DNA of 64,000 bases from Myxococcota bacterium (GCA_039194325.1 JBCCWC010000010.1:71020-135019); one strand, 5' to 3'. Shown: positions 9,423 through 19,944, numbered from the stretch's first letter. Notes: generated from the sequence alone by a model not told the origin. Made by a program: numbers and translations.

Positions 9423-10038
9423 CTACGCGGATCTTCGGGGGTGGATCCTCGGCGGTTTCGCTCGGGGGTGGCTCGAGCTGCTCGACGGCCTCGCGGGCGG
9501 CGGCGAGCTCGTCGCGAAACTGGGCCCGCATCACGTCGGGGTCGAAGTCGAGGAGCGTCCCGCCGACCCCGAAGTGCAGCGCGAACGTTCGCCCCACCGC
9601 GTAGGTCAGCATGCCGGAGAAGAACGGAGCGCTCACGCCTCCGAGCGCCGAGCCGACCCCGGGGATCGACTTGGCCAGGCTCGACGCGATCACGCCGCCC
9701 ACGCCGACCCCCCCGGCGCCCGTGACTAGCGAGATGAGCGCGCTGCGGGCCAGCTTCTTTCGAAAGGGGAACTCGTAGTGGGTGGCCAGCTGCTTGATCA
9801 TCTTGAGCTGGACCACGGTGAGCGCCACCGTATCGATGAGGGGGAAGGGCAGCACGCTCGCCCCCATCGCCAGGTAGACGTTACGGTGGATGATGTTGCG
9901 GGCGCCGAGCCTGACCACCTCTTGCTCTTCGAGGATCACGGGCTCGCCCTCGTCCTCGTCCTCGACCGTGGTCGGTTCTTCGACGACCTGCGAGGGCTCC
10001 TCGGCTTGCTTGCGACGCCAAAATTTCCACCACGCCAT
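9415..10038 (-). CDS. YcjF/DUF697 family protein
   Basis: LPFPLID..ALTVVQLKMI..LA.HY, SLAKSIPGVGS and TYAVG..F..HF. Confidence 0.8.
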   Translation of the reverse strand: MAWWKFWRRKQAEEPSQVVEEPTTVEDEDEGEPVILEEQEVVRLGARNIIHRNVYLAMGASVLPFPLIDTVALTVVQLKMIKQLATHYEFPFRKKLARSALISLVTGAGGVGVGGVIASSLAKSIPGVGSALGGVSAPFFSGMLTYAVGRTFALHFGVGGTLLDFDPDVMRAQFRDELAAAREAVEQLEPPPSETAEDPPPKIRVVQ

Positions 10039-10259
10039 GATCTCGTCCTGAGTGCTTGCCCGAGTACGCTATCACGGCGGGACTTGCGAATGTGCGTAGT
10101 TGGCGCGCTGGTCGGGCCTGGACCGTCGGGCATGACGTCGTCGGTCGCACCGCCTGGGCGCCCCCGGTGCACGATGTCGCAGACCTTTGGCCAAAATGCC
10201 GCCTCTCGGATCCTTCGGGCGGTTCCCCGGGACCCGGCGATGGTCTACCAATGCCTCCC

Positions 10260-11603
10260 ATGACGGACGGCCCCACCCCGGTCACCCGCACCATTGGCCT
10301 GTCGCTCGGCGCCGATCTGTGCTGGCCCGCGTGCTACGAGCAGATCATCGAGCGTCTCGGCCTCAGCCTGGTCCTCGGGGATCAGCAGGTCCGCTTCGCC
10401 GTGGAGCGCGTCACCGTGGAGCCGTTTCGTCTGACGCAGCCCTGTCGGTACGACGTGGTGCTCGATCGCCTGACGCACTGGTTCCACACCAGCCGCGAGT
10501 GGATCAAAAAGGCGGTCATCATGGATGGCCTGTACGTGCTCAACAACCCGTGGTCGTTGCAGTCGATGGAGAAGCACACCTCCTACTGCGCGATGAAGAA
10601 GCTGGGCATGCCCGTCCCCGACACCTGGCTGATCCCGCCCAAGCAGCCTACCGACCACGCCGACGCGGGCACGACCTTGCGGCGCTACGCCAAGCTCTTC
10701 GACCTGGGCGCGGTGGGCGATCAGCTGGGCTACCCCATGTTCATGAAGCCCTATGACGGCGGGGCCTGGGTGGGGGTCTCGCGCATCGACGACGAGGCTA
10801 AGCTGCGCGAGGCCTACGAGAGCAGCGGCGCCCGGGTGATGCACCTACAAAAAGCCGTGGACCCCTTCGACTTGTTCGTGCGCGCGATCGGCATCGGGCC
10901 TCAGATCTACATGGCGCGCTATGATCCGGGCGCGCCGCTCCACGATCGCTACAAGGTCGACTTCCACTTCGTGGACGGAGACGATTGGGAACTGCTCACC
11001 GACACTGCGCTCACCATCAACGCATTCTTTGGCTGGGAGTTCAACTCTTGCGAGTCGCTGCGCAAGGACGGCGTATTCTACCCCATCGACTTCGCCAACG
11101 CCTGCCCCGACTTTCAGGTGACCTCGCTGCACTATCACTTTCCCGAGATGGTCAAGAACATGGTCCGCTGGTCGCTCTACTGCGCGGCGACCAAGCGCAC
11201 GATGCCCCAGAACCTCGACTGGGAGCCGTTCTATGCCATCGCTCGTGAGGACCTGCCCTACCGCGAGCGGCTGCGGCGATACGCGGCCGTCGCCCGCGAG
11301 CGCATGGAGGCGGACCGCTTCACCGAGTTCTGCCACCAGCACCTGCCCCACCTCAACGAGGTCGCCTGGGAGTTCTTCGGCACCCAGCAGGCCAAGGGCT
11401 ACGTGTTGGCCAAGGTGCAGTCGCTGTTTCCCGAGCACGAGGTGGAGCGGTTCACCGAGCACTTCTGGGGGCTGATCCAGTTCTGGCGAAAGACCGAGGC
11501 GGAACGCATGAGCAAGGTGGCGGGGCCGCAGGCAGACGAGCCCCGAGCGGCTCGGGAAGACGCGGCCCCGAAGGGCGCAGCCCCGCACAGCGCGGGCGCT
11601 TGA
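10260..11603 (+). CDS. RimK/glutathione synthase-like ATP-grasp ligase C
   Basis: DRLTHW, NNP...EKH, GYPMFMKPYDGGAW.GV, LQKAV and IDFANACPD. Start is ATG 10260 or 10251. Confidence 0.85.
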   Translation: MTDGPTPVTRTIGLSLGADLCWPACYEQIIERLGLSLVLGDQQVRFAVERVTVEPFRLTQPCRYDVVLDRLTHWFHTSREWIKKAVIMDGLYVLNNPWSLQSMEKHTSYCAMKKLGMPVPDTWLIPPKQPTDHADAGTTLRRYAKLFDLGAVGDQLGYPMFMKPYDGGAWVGVSRIDDEAKLREAYESSGARVMHLQKAVDPFDLFVRAIGIGPQIYMARYDPGAPLHDRYKVDFHFVDGDDWELLTDTALTINAFFGWEFNSCESLRKDGVFYPIDFANACPDFQVTSLHYHFPEMVKNMVRWSLYCAATKRTMPQNLDWEPFYAIAREDLPYRERLRRYAAVARERMEADRFTEFCHQHLPHLNEVAWEFFGTQQAKGYVLAKVQSLFPEHEVERFTEHFWGLIQFWRKTEAERMSKVAGPQADEPRAAREDAAPKGAAPHSAGA

Positions 11604-12177
11604 GGTCACCGAACGTATCGAGAAGACCCTACAACTCATCGGTAGTTCCTATGGGTTCGCCAGTCCCTGCGAGCTCATCAAGGAACAAGCGGTGTCGAGC
11701 CCTCGGGCGATTTCGCTCCGAGTGAGGGCGAGACAACGGGGTCGGTGACTGCACGACGACTCGGGTTGGGTGCGTCGGGTAGTGTCGTCAATTGAATGAC
11801 CGACCGGTTCGTCTACGCTGGCGCCTCATCGCTCGGGTATGCCGCTAGAGACTCGATTGGGTTGATGCTGGTGTCGGGGGTTCACTGTGCGTTCGTGTAC
11901 CGGTCGCGGCACCAGGAGTTAGTCGATCGTGGCCCTGAAGAACCAGCAGAGCGTGAATCGTCGAGTCCTTTCGAAGGGGCATTGTGCCTCACGGGGGGAT
12001 TGAGACCTCACATGGTATGATGATCTTTGGGACCACTGCTATTTGTGTTCGCGTCCCCCATTGTGGAGGAGTAGGCTCTATGGCGATCGCTTCTTCGGTG
12101 GCGATCACTGTCGATTCGAACGGTCTTCTTGCGAAGGATCTCCGGATGGTCGTCTGCGAGCCAGGGATATCGACCCT

Positions 12178-13635
12178 ATGACGCTGCGTGCGTGTCTGTT
12201 CGAGTGGACCGGCGACGACGTCGAGCTACGTCGGCGAGCCCAGGTGCTCGCGGCGCTCGGGCTGCTGGGTAGCGTGGCGACCCTCGGGGGCGCCTCGGCG
12301 CGGCTGTTCCTCCACGGGCCGGGCTTCGACTCGTTGATCTCGTACCTGTTTAGCCCCGTGGGGGCGCTGTGCCCGATCATCGCGCGCCGGTTGCGGAGCG
12401 TCGCGGTCCCCTCGTGGATCTTGCTGCTGCTGGGCACCCTCACCACGATCTTGGTGGCCTACGGTGAAGGGGGCACCCTGTCTCCCGCCGCGCTGTGGCT
12501 CCCGGTGATGCCGCTGGCCGCCACCTTCCTGCTCGGCTGGAAGGGAGGCGCGGCGTTCTTGGGGCTGGTGGTGACGTCCTTGTGGGTCCTCGTTGGTGCG
12601 CCGTCCCCCGCCGAGCCTCCGGCCACCCCCACGCTGTGGGCGATCTCGGCGGTGATGTCGGGGACCTTCGCCTTTGCCTGCGTGGCCGCGTTCGATCTGG
12701 CGCGGCAGTCCGCGGTGGGCCGGATCGGGCGTCTGGTCCGGGAGGCCGAGGGTCGCAATGCGTCGCTCGCTCGGGCCAACGAGGATCTCGTGGTCGCGCA
12801 CCGGCAGGCACAGGCGGCCAGCCAGCTCAAGAGCGAGTTCATGACGACCATGAGCCACGAGCTACGGACGCCGCTGAACTCTGTCATCGGATTTTCGAAT
12901 TACCTGCTCAAGAACAAGTCGGGCGGCTTTGGGGAGCGGGACATCAAGATGCTCGATCGCATTCGGTTCAACGGGATCCACCTGCTTTCGATCATCGACG
13001 ACATCCTGGACATCTCGAAGATCGAAGCCGAGCGGCTCGAGCTGACGATCGAGTCGCTGGATCTCTATGAGACCTGTGACCAGGTCGTTCAGGTCATGGA
13101 GCCGCTCGCGGCCGAGAAGGCCCTGCTGATCCGCAAGGAGATCCCCGGTGGCCTTGAGCCGATCGAGGCCGACGCACAGCGGCTTCGTCAGGTGCTGACC
13201 AACATCGTGGGCAACGCCGTCAAGTTCACCGACGAAGGGTCGGTGACCGTGCGGGTGGTCCCCCAGACGGGCACGCGGATCCCCTGTCGGATCGAGGTGG
13301 TCGACTCGGGCATCGGGATCCCCCCCGACCGTCTGGGGGCCGTGCTCGAGCCCTTCGTCCAGGCCGACGGCTCGACCTCCAAGCGGCACGGCGGGACGGG
13401 CCTGGGCCTGTCGATCAGCCGATCGCTGTGTGAGCAGATGGGCTTCGGCCTTCAGCTCAGGAGCGTAGAAGGCCGAGGGACGACGGTCTCGATCGTGCTG
13501 CTCGACGCCTCGACGCAGCCCGCCGGGCAGCTACGAGACCGAAGGGCCCGACGCATGCGGCAGCGGGGCGCGTCGCCGCAGACCGGCGCCGGTGTGGTGG
13601 CGATCAGCCGAACAGCTCCGGGATCGACCCGCTGA
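12178..13635 (+). CDS. Membrane sensor histidine kinase (HisKA + HATPase_c) without a receiver domain
   Basis: Multiple TM helices, MSHELRTPLN, NIVGNAVKFT, DSGIGI and GGTGLGL. ATG 12178 chosen as start. Confidence 0.9.
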   Translation: MTLRACLFEWTGDDVELRRRAQVLAALGLLGSVATLGGASARLFLHGPGFDSLISYLFSPVGALCPIIARRLRSVAVPSWILLLLGTLTTILVAYGEGGTLSPAALWLPVMPLAATFLLGWKGGAAFLGLVVTSLWVLVGAPSPAEPPATPTLWAISAVMSGTFAFACVAAFDLARQSAVGRIGRLVREAEGRNASLARANEDLVVAHRQAQAASQLKSEFMTTMSHELRTPLNSVIGFSNYLLKNKSGGFGERDIKMLDRIRFNGIHLLSIIDDILDISKIEAERLELTIESLDLYETCDQVVQVMEPLAAEKALLIRKEIPGGLEPIEADAQRLRQVLTNIVGNAVKFTDEGSVTVRVVPQTGTRIPCRIEVVDSGIGIPPDRLGAVLEPFVQADGSTSKRHGGTGLGLSISRSLCEQMGFGLQLRSVEGRGTTVSIVLLDASTQPAGQLRDRRARRMRQRGASPQTGAGVVAISRTAPGSTR

Positions 13636-15091
13636 CCTCGCCGAAGTTGGAGTTGACCCCTACCGCCTCCATGGCCGAGATCACCACGTTGCCCGGGTGG
13701 TTGGCGTTGCTCGGGGCCACGATGTGGTGCCCCTGGCGCAGGCCGCCGGCACCTCCGGCGACGAGCGTGACCATGTTGTCGGTGGAGTGGGCGCTCCAGG
13801 CGGAGCCGTTCTCGTATGACACCCCGCCGCCGGCCTCGTTCATCATCATCAGCGCGCAGGAGTCCAGCAGGCTCCCGGCTCCTTCGGGGGTGTCGCGCAT
13901 GCGCTCCACCAGGTACGCGAAGTGATCCACGTGCCATGCGATGACGTCGGCCATCTCAGGAAGGTCGCCGTTGTGGCTCAGGTCGTGCAGCCCGTAGGCG
14001 TGGCCGGTGATCGGGTTGACGTTCATGAACGACTGGAACATCGTGAACATCAGCGAGCCCACGCGGGTGAGATCGCAGGTGAACGCCATGTGCATCAGGT
14101 CGCACAAGAGCAGCAGCCGCGATTGCTCGTCGCTATAGCCGGCGTTGACGTCGTAGGCCTCCTCGCTGGGCGGCTCGCCTCCCAGGGGCGGATCGCTGCC
14201 GGGGTCGGGTAGCTGCTGGCACTCGCCGCCGACCTCGGGTCCCTCGATCTCCAGGCGCATCTCGAGCGCGCGGATCTCGTCGTAGTGTTGCTCGAGCCGC
14301 TGTCGGTCCGCGCTGCCCAGCCGGTCCAGTAGCCCGTCCATGCGGCGGTCGACCAGGTCGAGCACGCTACGGCGCTTGTCGAGCTCGAGCTCCTTGGCGG
14401 CGGCCTCTTGCGGGTCGTCGGGCACGAACCCGAGGAAGAGCGCGTCGTAGGCCTGCCGAGGGCTGACCACGGGGACCACTCGCTCGATCTCTCCGTCGTT
14501 GTCCCGGTACGAGATCGTGTCGCGGTTCATGTGCCAGGTGCCGGTGTTGTAGAGCAGCGCCTGGGCTCGGTAGGCCAGCGAGCGGAACGAGGTGCGATCG
14601 CCGATCGCCTCGGCCACGATCTGATCCGAGCTGGGTCCGGTGACCGTGGGGATGTGGGTGTCGTTGGAGGTCCACGGCGCCGAGCGCATACCGCTGACTA
14701 CCGGGTTGACGTGGGCGTGGAAGTGGACGGTGCGCCCCGCCGGCGGGATCGGCTCGTTCTCGCTCTGCGCGGTCTGGCTGGGGATCGACAGGCCCGACAC
14801 CACGGTCACTAGATCCTGCACGCCCCGGTCACCCAAAGGGGCCAGGCCGGTGCCCAGCGTGTAGCCGGGGCCGGTAGTGGCGGGGATATAGGAGTTATCC
14901 AGCGGGTCGCCGTCGGTGATGATCGAGAACCCGCCGAAGCACACCAGGTAGCGTAGGGGCATGGCCCCGCCGCCGGCGAGGGCCTCGCCCGCGTCGTCGA
15001 GCATGATCTCGAGCGTCGGCAGAGCGACCGCGGCCCCGCCGAGGCCGCGCAAGAAGGTTCGTCGGGGCAGTGCAAGCTTGCGACTCACCAT
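13604..15091 (-). CDS. DUF1552 family protein with a Tat-like signal
   Basis: RRTFLRGLGGAAVALPTLE, RRSVLDLV, D..RLEQH...IR.LE, AF.CDLTRV and HDLSH. Lies directly downstream of the DUF1592 gene. Confidence 0.88.
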   Translation of the reverse strand: MVSRKLALPRRTFLRGLGGAAVALPTLEIMLDDAGEALAGGGAMPLRYLVCFGGFSIITDGDPLDNSYIPATTGPGYTLGTGLAPLGDRGVQDLVTVVSGLSIPSQTAQSENEPIPPAGRTVHFHAHVNPVVSGMRSAPWTSNDTHIPTVTGPSSDQIVAEAIGDRTSFRSLAYRAQALLYNTGTWHMNRDTISYRDNDGEIERVVPVVSPRQAYDALFLGFVPDDPQEAAAKELELDKRRSVLDLVDRRMDGLLDRLGSADRQRLEQHYDEIRALEMRLEIEGPEVGGECQQLPDPGSDPPLGGEPPSEEAYDVNAGYSDEQSRLLLLCDLMHMAFTCDLTRVGSLMFTMFQSFMNVNPITGHAYGLHDLSHNGDLPEMADVIAWHVDHFAYLVERMRDTPEGAGSLLDSCALMMMNEAGGGVSYENGSAWSAHSTDNMVTLVAGGAGGLRQGHHIVAPSNANHPGNVVISAMEAVGVNSNFGEVSGSIPELFG

Positions 15092-15093
15092 GG

Positions 15094-16743
15094 CTACTCC
15101 TCCCTCCGGTGGGCGAATGCGGGGTGGGCCACCAGCATACCGAGCATGGTGTCGAAGCGGCCGTCTCCCTCGGTCAGCTGCATGCCGAGCTCGTTCACCA
15201 GGGGCAGGTCGTCCTGGACCACTTCGCGCCCCAGGGCAAAGCGGTATAGTTGCTGGGCCACGCAGGGCTCGAGCACGGTGTTGTCGACGAAGAGATTGGC
15301 CAGCTCGGCGGGGCCGTTGAAGGCGCCTATGCTGGTCAGCGCACCATCGCCGCTGATCGTGCACTGGGGTGCGCCCTCGTCGTGGGTGCGGAAGCGGCCC
15401 TGGGTGTCGTAGCGCTCGAGCCCAAAGCCGATAGGATCCATCAGCGAGTGGCAGCCGGCGCAGCTACCCACCTCGGCGTGGATCGCATAGCGATCTTCCT
15501 TGCACTCGGCGTCTTCTTCGGTGGGTGGGTTGTCGGCGTCCACGTTGGGCGGCGGCGGCGGGACCGGCTGGCACATCAGCTGCTCGCGGATCCACTTGCC
15601 GCGGCGAGTCGGGCTGGTCTCGCCGGGCCCGGCCGCCACCGAGAGGAACGAGCCATGGGAGAGGATCCCCTGGCGGCCGCTGCTGCCGTAGCTCACCCAC
15701 TGCGAGCCGTCGGGCGTGGGCAGGTCGTAGTGCTCAGCGAGGGTCGCGTCGATGAAGGTCTCGGTGGCGGTGAACAGATCGGTCCAGGGGGCGGCCTCGT
15801 CGAAGATCACGCGCTCGAGCAGCGCGGTGGTCTCGGAGCGCAGCGCGTTGGTGAGCTCGGGGGGGTGTGGCAGCTGGGCGTAGCCCATCCACATCGCATG
15901 GAAGCGGTCGATCTGCACCCGAGCCCGGGGATCTTGGAGCATGGCCTGGGCCATCGCCTGGCGCTGTTCGGCATGGCTCAGCTCGCCTGCCTCGGCCGCG
16001 TCGAGTAGCTCGTCGCTGGGGGTGCTGCCCCACAGCAAGTACGACAGGCGGGTCGCGAGCTCGAAGTTGCTGAGGGCGAAGAGCCCAGGCTCGCCGTCGA
16101 CCGGGGTGCCGATCTCCACCCGGTAGATGAACTCGGCGTCTTGCAGCAGGGCACGGAGCACCATCTCGATGCCCACATAGAAGTCGCTCTGGCGTTGGGC
16201 GTACTCCAGACCCAGGGCCACGTAGCCGTCGATCTCTTCCGTGCTCAGCGGGCGCCGCAGCGCTCGGCGACCGAAGCGGCCGATGAACTCGCGTAGGCAA
16301 GCCTCGTCGGTCGTGCCGCTGGGCGTGCATCCCACGGTCTGGTCGCGACGGGGTGGGTCGTCGAGCAGGCGGCGGGCCGCATCGCGGGCCAGCACTTCGA
16401 GGCCCTCGATCAAGGGCTGGGAGGCCTCCTGTGTCCCGTACTCGTTGTCAAACGGGGTAAAGGGGTCCTCGGGAAGCATCTGTGACCCGGGCCGAGTGGT
16501 GTCGCCCAGCAGATCCCGCAGGGTGTTGTCGTATTCGTAGCGGGTGAGTCGACGCATGCCGATCGGCCCGAGAGTTTCGGGCGTTTCGGGCGTCTCGCCG
16601 GTCTCGTCGGCCCCGCCGCTGCTGGGCCCGCCCGTCGAACCGTCGGTGTCGGTGCCGCCCGTCGTCGCATTGACGTCGTCTCGGCAGCCCGTCACCGCCA
16701 GCGCGCCAAGAGCGAGCATGCCGATGAACTGTGAGGATCGCAT
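15094..16743 (-). CDS. DUF1587/1595/1592/1588 (PSD) domain lipoprotein with a CxxCH motif
   Basis: Lipobox VTGC, RRLTRYEYDNTLRDLLG, ELATRLSYLLW, SPTRRGKWIRE and CAGCH..MDPIGFGLE. Start ATG 16743. Confidence 0.9.
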   Translation of the reverse strand: MRSSQFIGMLALGALAVTGCRDDVNATTGGTDTDGSTGGPSSGGADETGETPETPETLGPIGMRRLTRYEYDNTLRDLLGDTTRPGSQMLPEDPFTPFDNEYGTQEASQPLIEGLEVLARDAARRLLDDPPRRDQTVGCTPSGTTDEACLREFIGRFGRRALRRPLSTEEIDGYVALGLEYAQRQSDFYVGIEMVLRALLQDAEFIYRVEIGTPVDGEPGLFALSNFELATRLSYLLWGSTPSDELLDAAEAGELSHAEQRQAMAQAMLQDPRARVQIDRFHAMWMGYAQLPHPPELTNALRSETTALLERVIFDEAAPWTDLFTATETFIDATLAEHYDLPTPDGSQWVSYGSSGRQGILSHGSFLSVAAGPGETSPTRRGKWIREQLMCQPVPPPPPNVDADNPPTEEDAECKEDRYAIHAEVGSCAGCHSLMDPIGFGLERYDTQGRFRTHDEGAPQCTISGDGALTSIGAFNGPAELANLFVDNTVLEPCVAQQLYRFALGREVVQDDLPLVNELGMQLTEGDGRFDTMLGMLVAHPAFAHRREE

Positions 16744-17016
16744 GAAGAGCTGAATTGGATAGGGGGCGGCCTGCGGCCGGTGCGCCGAGTGTAAGCGGTG
16801 CAACGTCGAAGTCAAACGTCGGGTGGTGAGCGAGGCGCGAGACCCCGCGTGGTCCCGCGGATCGGGCTGTGGGAATTGCCCGGGGAGGGGTGGCACGCTC
16901 GTGTCGGTGTGTAGCGCAATTTCCGCTGGGTTGGCTCGCGCGCTTGCGCCCGAGGAACGATGGTTGGAGCGTGGGTCTGGACGTGGGGAGGCAGCCCTGC
17001 GAGGGTCCCGCCCGCC

Positions 17017-17745
17017 GTGAAGCTCACCACCCGCTGGTACTCGCCGCGCCTGAACACCGAGGTCCTCGTCGCTCGATGGGGGCACTTTGGCACACCTGTG
17101 TTGCTCTTCCCTACCGCAGGGGGGGACGCCGAGGAGTGCGAGCGCTTCTTGATGATCGACGCGCTGCGGCCTTTGCTCGAAGCCGGGCGGATCAAGGTCT
17201 TCACCTGCGACAGCGTGGCGGGGCGGATCTGGACCGACGGGGAGAGCTCGGGGGCGTTTCGGGCCCGCATTCAGAACGTGTTCGACGGCTTCGTGGCCGA
17301 GGAGGTCGTGCCGGCCATTCGTCACGACTGCTGCTCGTCCGACATCGAGATCATGACCGCGGGAGCGTCGATCGGGGCCTTCAATGCGCTGGCGGCGATC
17401 TGTCGTCATCCCGACATATTCAAGACCGCGATCTGCATGAGCGGGACCTATGACTTGTCGCGCTGGATGGAGGGCGAGCACACGCTGGACTTTCACTACA
17501 GCTCGCCGCTGCACTTCTTGCCCGGGCTGGGCGAGAGTCCGCAGCTGCATCGGCTGCGCGAGCGCTTCGTGGTGCTGGCCACCGGCGAGGGGCGCTGGGA
17601 GTCACCCGGCGAGTCGTGGCGAGCGGCGCACGTGCTCGGGAGCAAGGGGGTGCCCAATCGCGTGGATCTTTGGGGGCAGCGATTTCACCACGACTGGCCG
17701 ACGTGGCGGGAGATGCTGCCGACGTACCTGGACCGGATGTGTTGA
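17017..17745 (+). CDS. Esterase family alpha/beta hydrolase of the type found with ATP-grasp clusters
   Basis: WYSPRL, WGHFGTPVLLFPTAGGD, GASIGA, SGTYD and HHDWPTWREM. GTG start. Confidence 0.88.
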   Translation: MKLTTRWYSPRLNTEVLVARWGHFGTPVLLFPTAGGDAEECERFLMIDALRPLLEAGRIKVFTCDSVAGRIWTDGESSGAFRARIQNVFDGFVAEEVVPAIRHDCCSSDIEIMTAGASIGAFNALAAICRHPDIFKTAICMSGTYDLSRWMEGEHTLDFHYSSPLHFLPGLGESPQLHRLRERFVVLATGEGRWESPGESWRAAHVLGSKGVPNRVDLWGQRFHHDWPTWREMLPTYLDRMC

Positions 17746-17773
17746 GGCGGGCCCGTGCGGCGCAGGCGGTCAC

Positions 17774-18082
17774 TCACCGTGCGTCTGTGGCTCGGGACAG
17801 CCAGTACCCCGTGCGTCTGCGTTCGTGCGCGACCGCCAGCATGAGGATGAAATCATCGAGGATGGCGTAGGGCAGCGCGTACGGAAATCGTTCGACTCGG
17901 GCAAAGCGATAGCGAGGATCGTACCGCCAGGGGGCACGTGCGTGAGGCAGTTGCTCAATGCGGTGTACCGTTGCCCAAACCTCCTTCTCCAGCTCTTCGC
18001 CGAGACCCTCGACGCGACTGTCGTACCAGTCGATGGCTTCGGCGAGTTCTTCGAGTGCGGCGCGATGGAGCTCAGCGTGCAC
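17774..18082 (-). CDS. Type II toxin, RelE/ParE family
   Basis: A.EEL.EAIDWY....GLG.E, RFPY.L.Y and LAVAH.RRR.GYW. Confidence 0.85.
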   Translation of the reverse strand: MHAELHRAALEELAEAIDWYDSRVEGLGEELEKEVWATVHRIEQLPHARAPWRYDPRYRFARVERFPYALPYAILDDFILMLAVAHERRRTGYWLSRATDAR

Positions 18083-18266
18083 GTTGGGTCCGGCGGGCAG
18101 CCAGGAATGCCTTGGCCTGCTCTACCGTTAGCGATGGACTGATGCCACTGCGCACCTCTTCGAGTCGTCGGTCGAGCTCGGCCTTCAACGACGGTTCATC
18201 GAGGACGTTCTCGGACTCGGGAGGGGCCGACATTCCGTCTCGCGGCCGAGGTTGTGCCGAGCTCAT
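18072..18266 (-). CDS. Putative addiction-module antitoxin
   Basis: Small ORF overlapping the toxin start, containing ELDRRLEEVRSG....LT.EQ. Start is 18266 or 18233. Confidence 0.7.
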   Translation of the reverse strand: MSSAQPRPRDGMSAPPESENVLDEPSLKAELDRRLEEVRSGISPSLTVEQAKAFLAARRTQRAR

Positions 18267-18458
18267 GGGGCAAGCGTAGCATGGCTGGACACGTCGGTCT
18301 CTTCCTCTAGCCTGAGCGGCGATCGGGGCCAAGAGCCCGTGGTGAAACCCTCGCGCGGCCGGAACACTGTCGCCGTCAATGGCGAGTACGGTCAGGCCGG
18401 CGCTGCCGGAGCCGCCGAAGCTGCCGCCGCCAAAGTCGTCGATGACGACCTGACCGCC

Positions 18459-19529
18459 CTACGGTGCCGGCGGCTCGAAGTTGCTGCCCGGCGCGACCTC
18501 GTCGAAGCTCGACGTGGGTCGCCCCACGCGGACCTCGTCGAAGTAGAGGACCCGCTCCGCGGACGCGTCGCCCCATTGTTGATTGGCGATGTCGAGCCCA
18601 AACCGGATGTGAAACGGGAAATCGGCGCTTCCCTGCGCCGTTTGCCCCTCGAAGTCGGCGTGCTGGGTCCACTCGGCCTCGTCCCGTAGCTTGTGCCAGA
18701 GCTTGATGTAGCCGTCGTCGTTCTTTTCGAACGAGGCTTCCATCACGAACTCGTGCCATTGTCCGGTCTCGAGATCCCACGTCTCGGTGTCGATGTTCAG
18801 ATCTCCGCGACCCTTGAATACCCAGTGGTCGTCATTCAAGTTGACTCGGATCTGCGGAGGAGTCCCCGGAGGACCGTGGATATTCAACACGGTCACCCCA
18901 CCGTTGTCCTTCATGGTCCAGTCGTCGGGGACATACACCGCCCACCCGGTCCAGCTGGTCGTACCCTGCTCGATCTGCACGGACTCACGATCCATCAGCA
19001 GGCCCCGCATCTTCACGTCACACGCGTTGCTCGTCCCCCAGGGCCACTCCTCCCGCATGACCAGACGCAACGCTGTGCCCCCGTAGGCGTCGGGAAGCTC
19101 GACGAACGAGAGCGCCTCATCGGCGAAGACCTCGCAGATCTGAGCCTCGAGCCCGTCGTGCCGCGTGCCGTGGGGCTGGGGAGCGCCGCTCTGGCCGTCG
19201 ACCAGCCAAAAGAGATCTCCGATTCCCCCCACGGGCTCGCCCGTGTCGCCGGCTTGGCCCTCGTCGCTGCTGCCCTGTCCCCCGGCTCCCGAGCTGCTGT
19301 CGCCGTTGGAATCCGCGGGTCCTGGCTCGCTCGAACTACCCGAGCCATCGGGGCCACCGGTCGTGCCTATGGGCGAGGGCGAGTCGCTTGATGTTGCGCC
19401 CGAGTCGGTGCCCGAAGCGGGCGCCATTGTCGTTACTTCACCCGGCGGGGAATCGCACCCGGGGGCGAGCCCCAAGGCCAGCAAGAGCTGGCCGATCTTG
19501 CATTGGCCGGAGTGAATCGTTGATCGCAT
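18459..19529 (-). CDS. Lipoprotein with a Ser/Gly linker and a polysaccharide-lyase-like beta-jelly-roll domain
   Basis: LALGLAPGC lipobox-like signal, W.GWAVYVPDDW, GQWHEFV, DGYIKLW and YFDEVRVG. Start uncertain. Confidence 0.65.
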   Translation of the reverse strand: MRSTIHSGQCKIGQLLLALGLAPGCDSPPGEVTTMAPASGTDSGATSSDSPSPIGTTGGPDGSGSSSEPGPADSNGDSSSGAGGQGSSDEGQAGDTGEPVGGIGDLFWLVDGQSGAPQPHGTRHDGLEAQICEVFADEALSFVELPDAYGGTALRLVMREEWPWGTSNACDVKMRGLLMDRESVQIEQGTTSWTGWAVYVPDDWTMKDNGGVTVLNIHGPPGTPPQIRVNLNDDHWVFKGRGDLNIDTETWDLETGQWHEFVMEASFEKNDDGYIKLWHKLRDEAEWTQHADFEGQTAQGSADFPFHIRFGLDIANQQWGDASAERVLYFDEVRVGRPTSSFDEVAPGSNFEPPAP

Positions 19530-19944
19530 GAATCGGGTCGCCACTTCGCACGAGTAGTTACGACCTCGGGTTTGTCGATCACGAAGATCATGAGCGAACT
19601 TCGTAGTCGGGGATCCGTCGAACACATCAACCATGGGTTCGAGAGGACGCCTTCGGCGGGTCGCCGAGCCGCCGTACCATGAGCACCGTCATCGTTGTCG
19701 TTCGAGGTCGACGTCGCAACGCGCACTTTACGCGCATGTGGTTATTTGTAGCTTCTCTCACCAGTTAGATCCTGGCCGACGTGGTCGTGTCGCACGTGGA
19801 AGAGCGTCGGCGGACATGCACGGCTTCGCGGAGCCGCCCCGAAGAACCGCCTGAAGTCCCGAAATCTCGTAGTGGGACGACGTTATTCGCGCTTCGCGCC
19901 GATCGGGGTCGACAGACGTTTCTGCGCTATGTTAGTTAAATGAT

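Noticed and set aside
15094..17550. 818-aa N-terminally extended version of the DUF1592 ORF (likewise the extensions at 4929, 15364, 50469 and 58602)
   Set aside because: The extensions overlap neighbouring real genes. Signal peptides, RBSs or family N-termini support the shorter starts.
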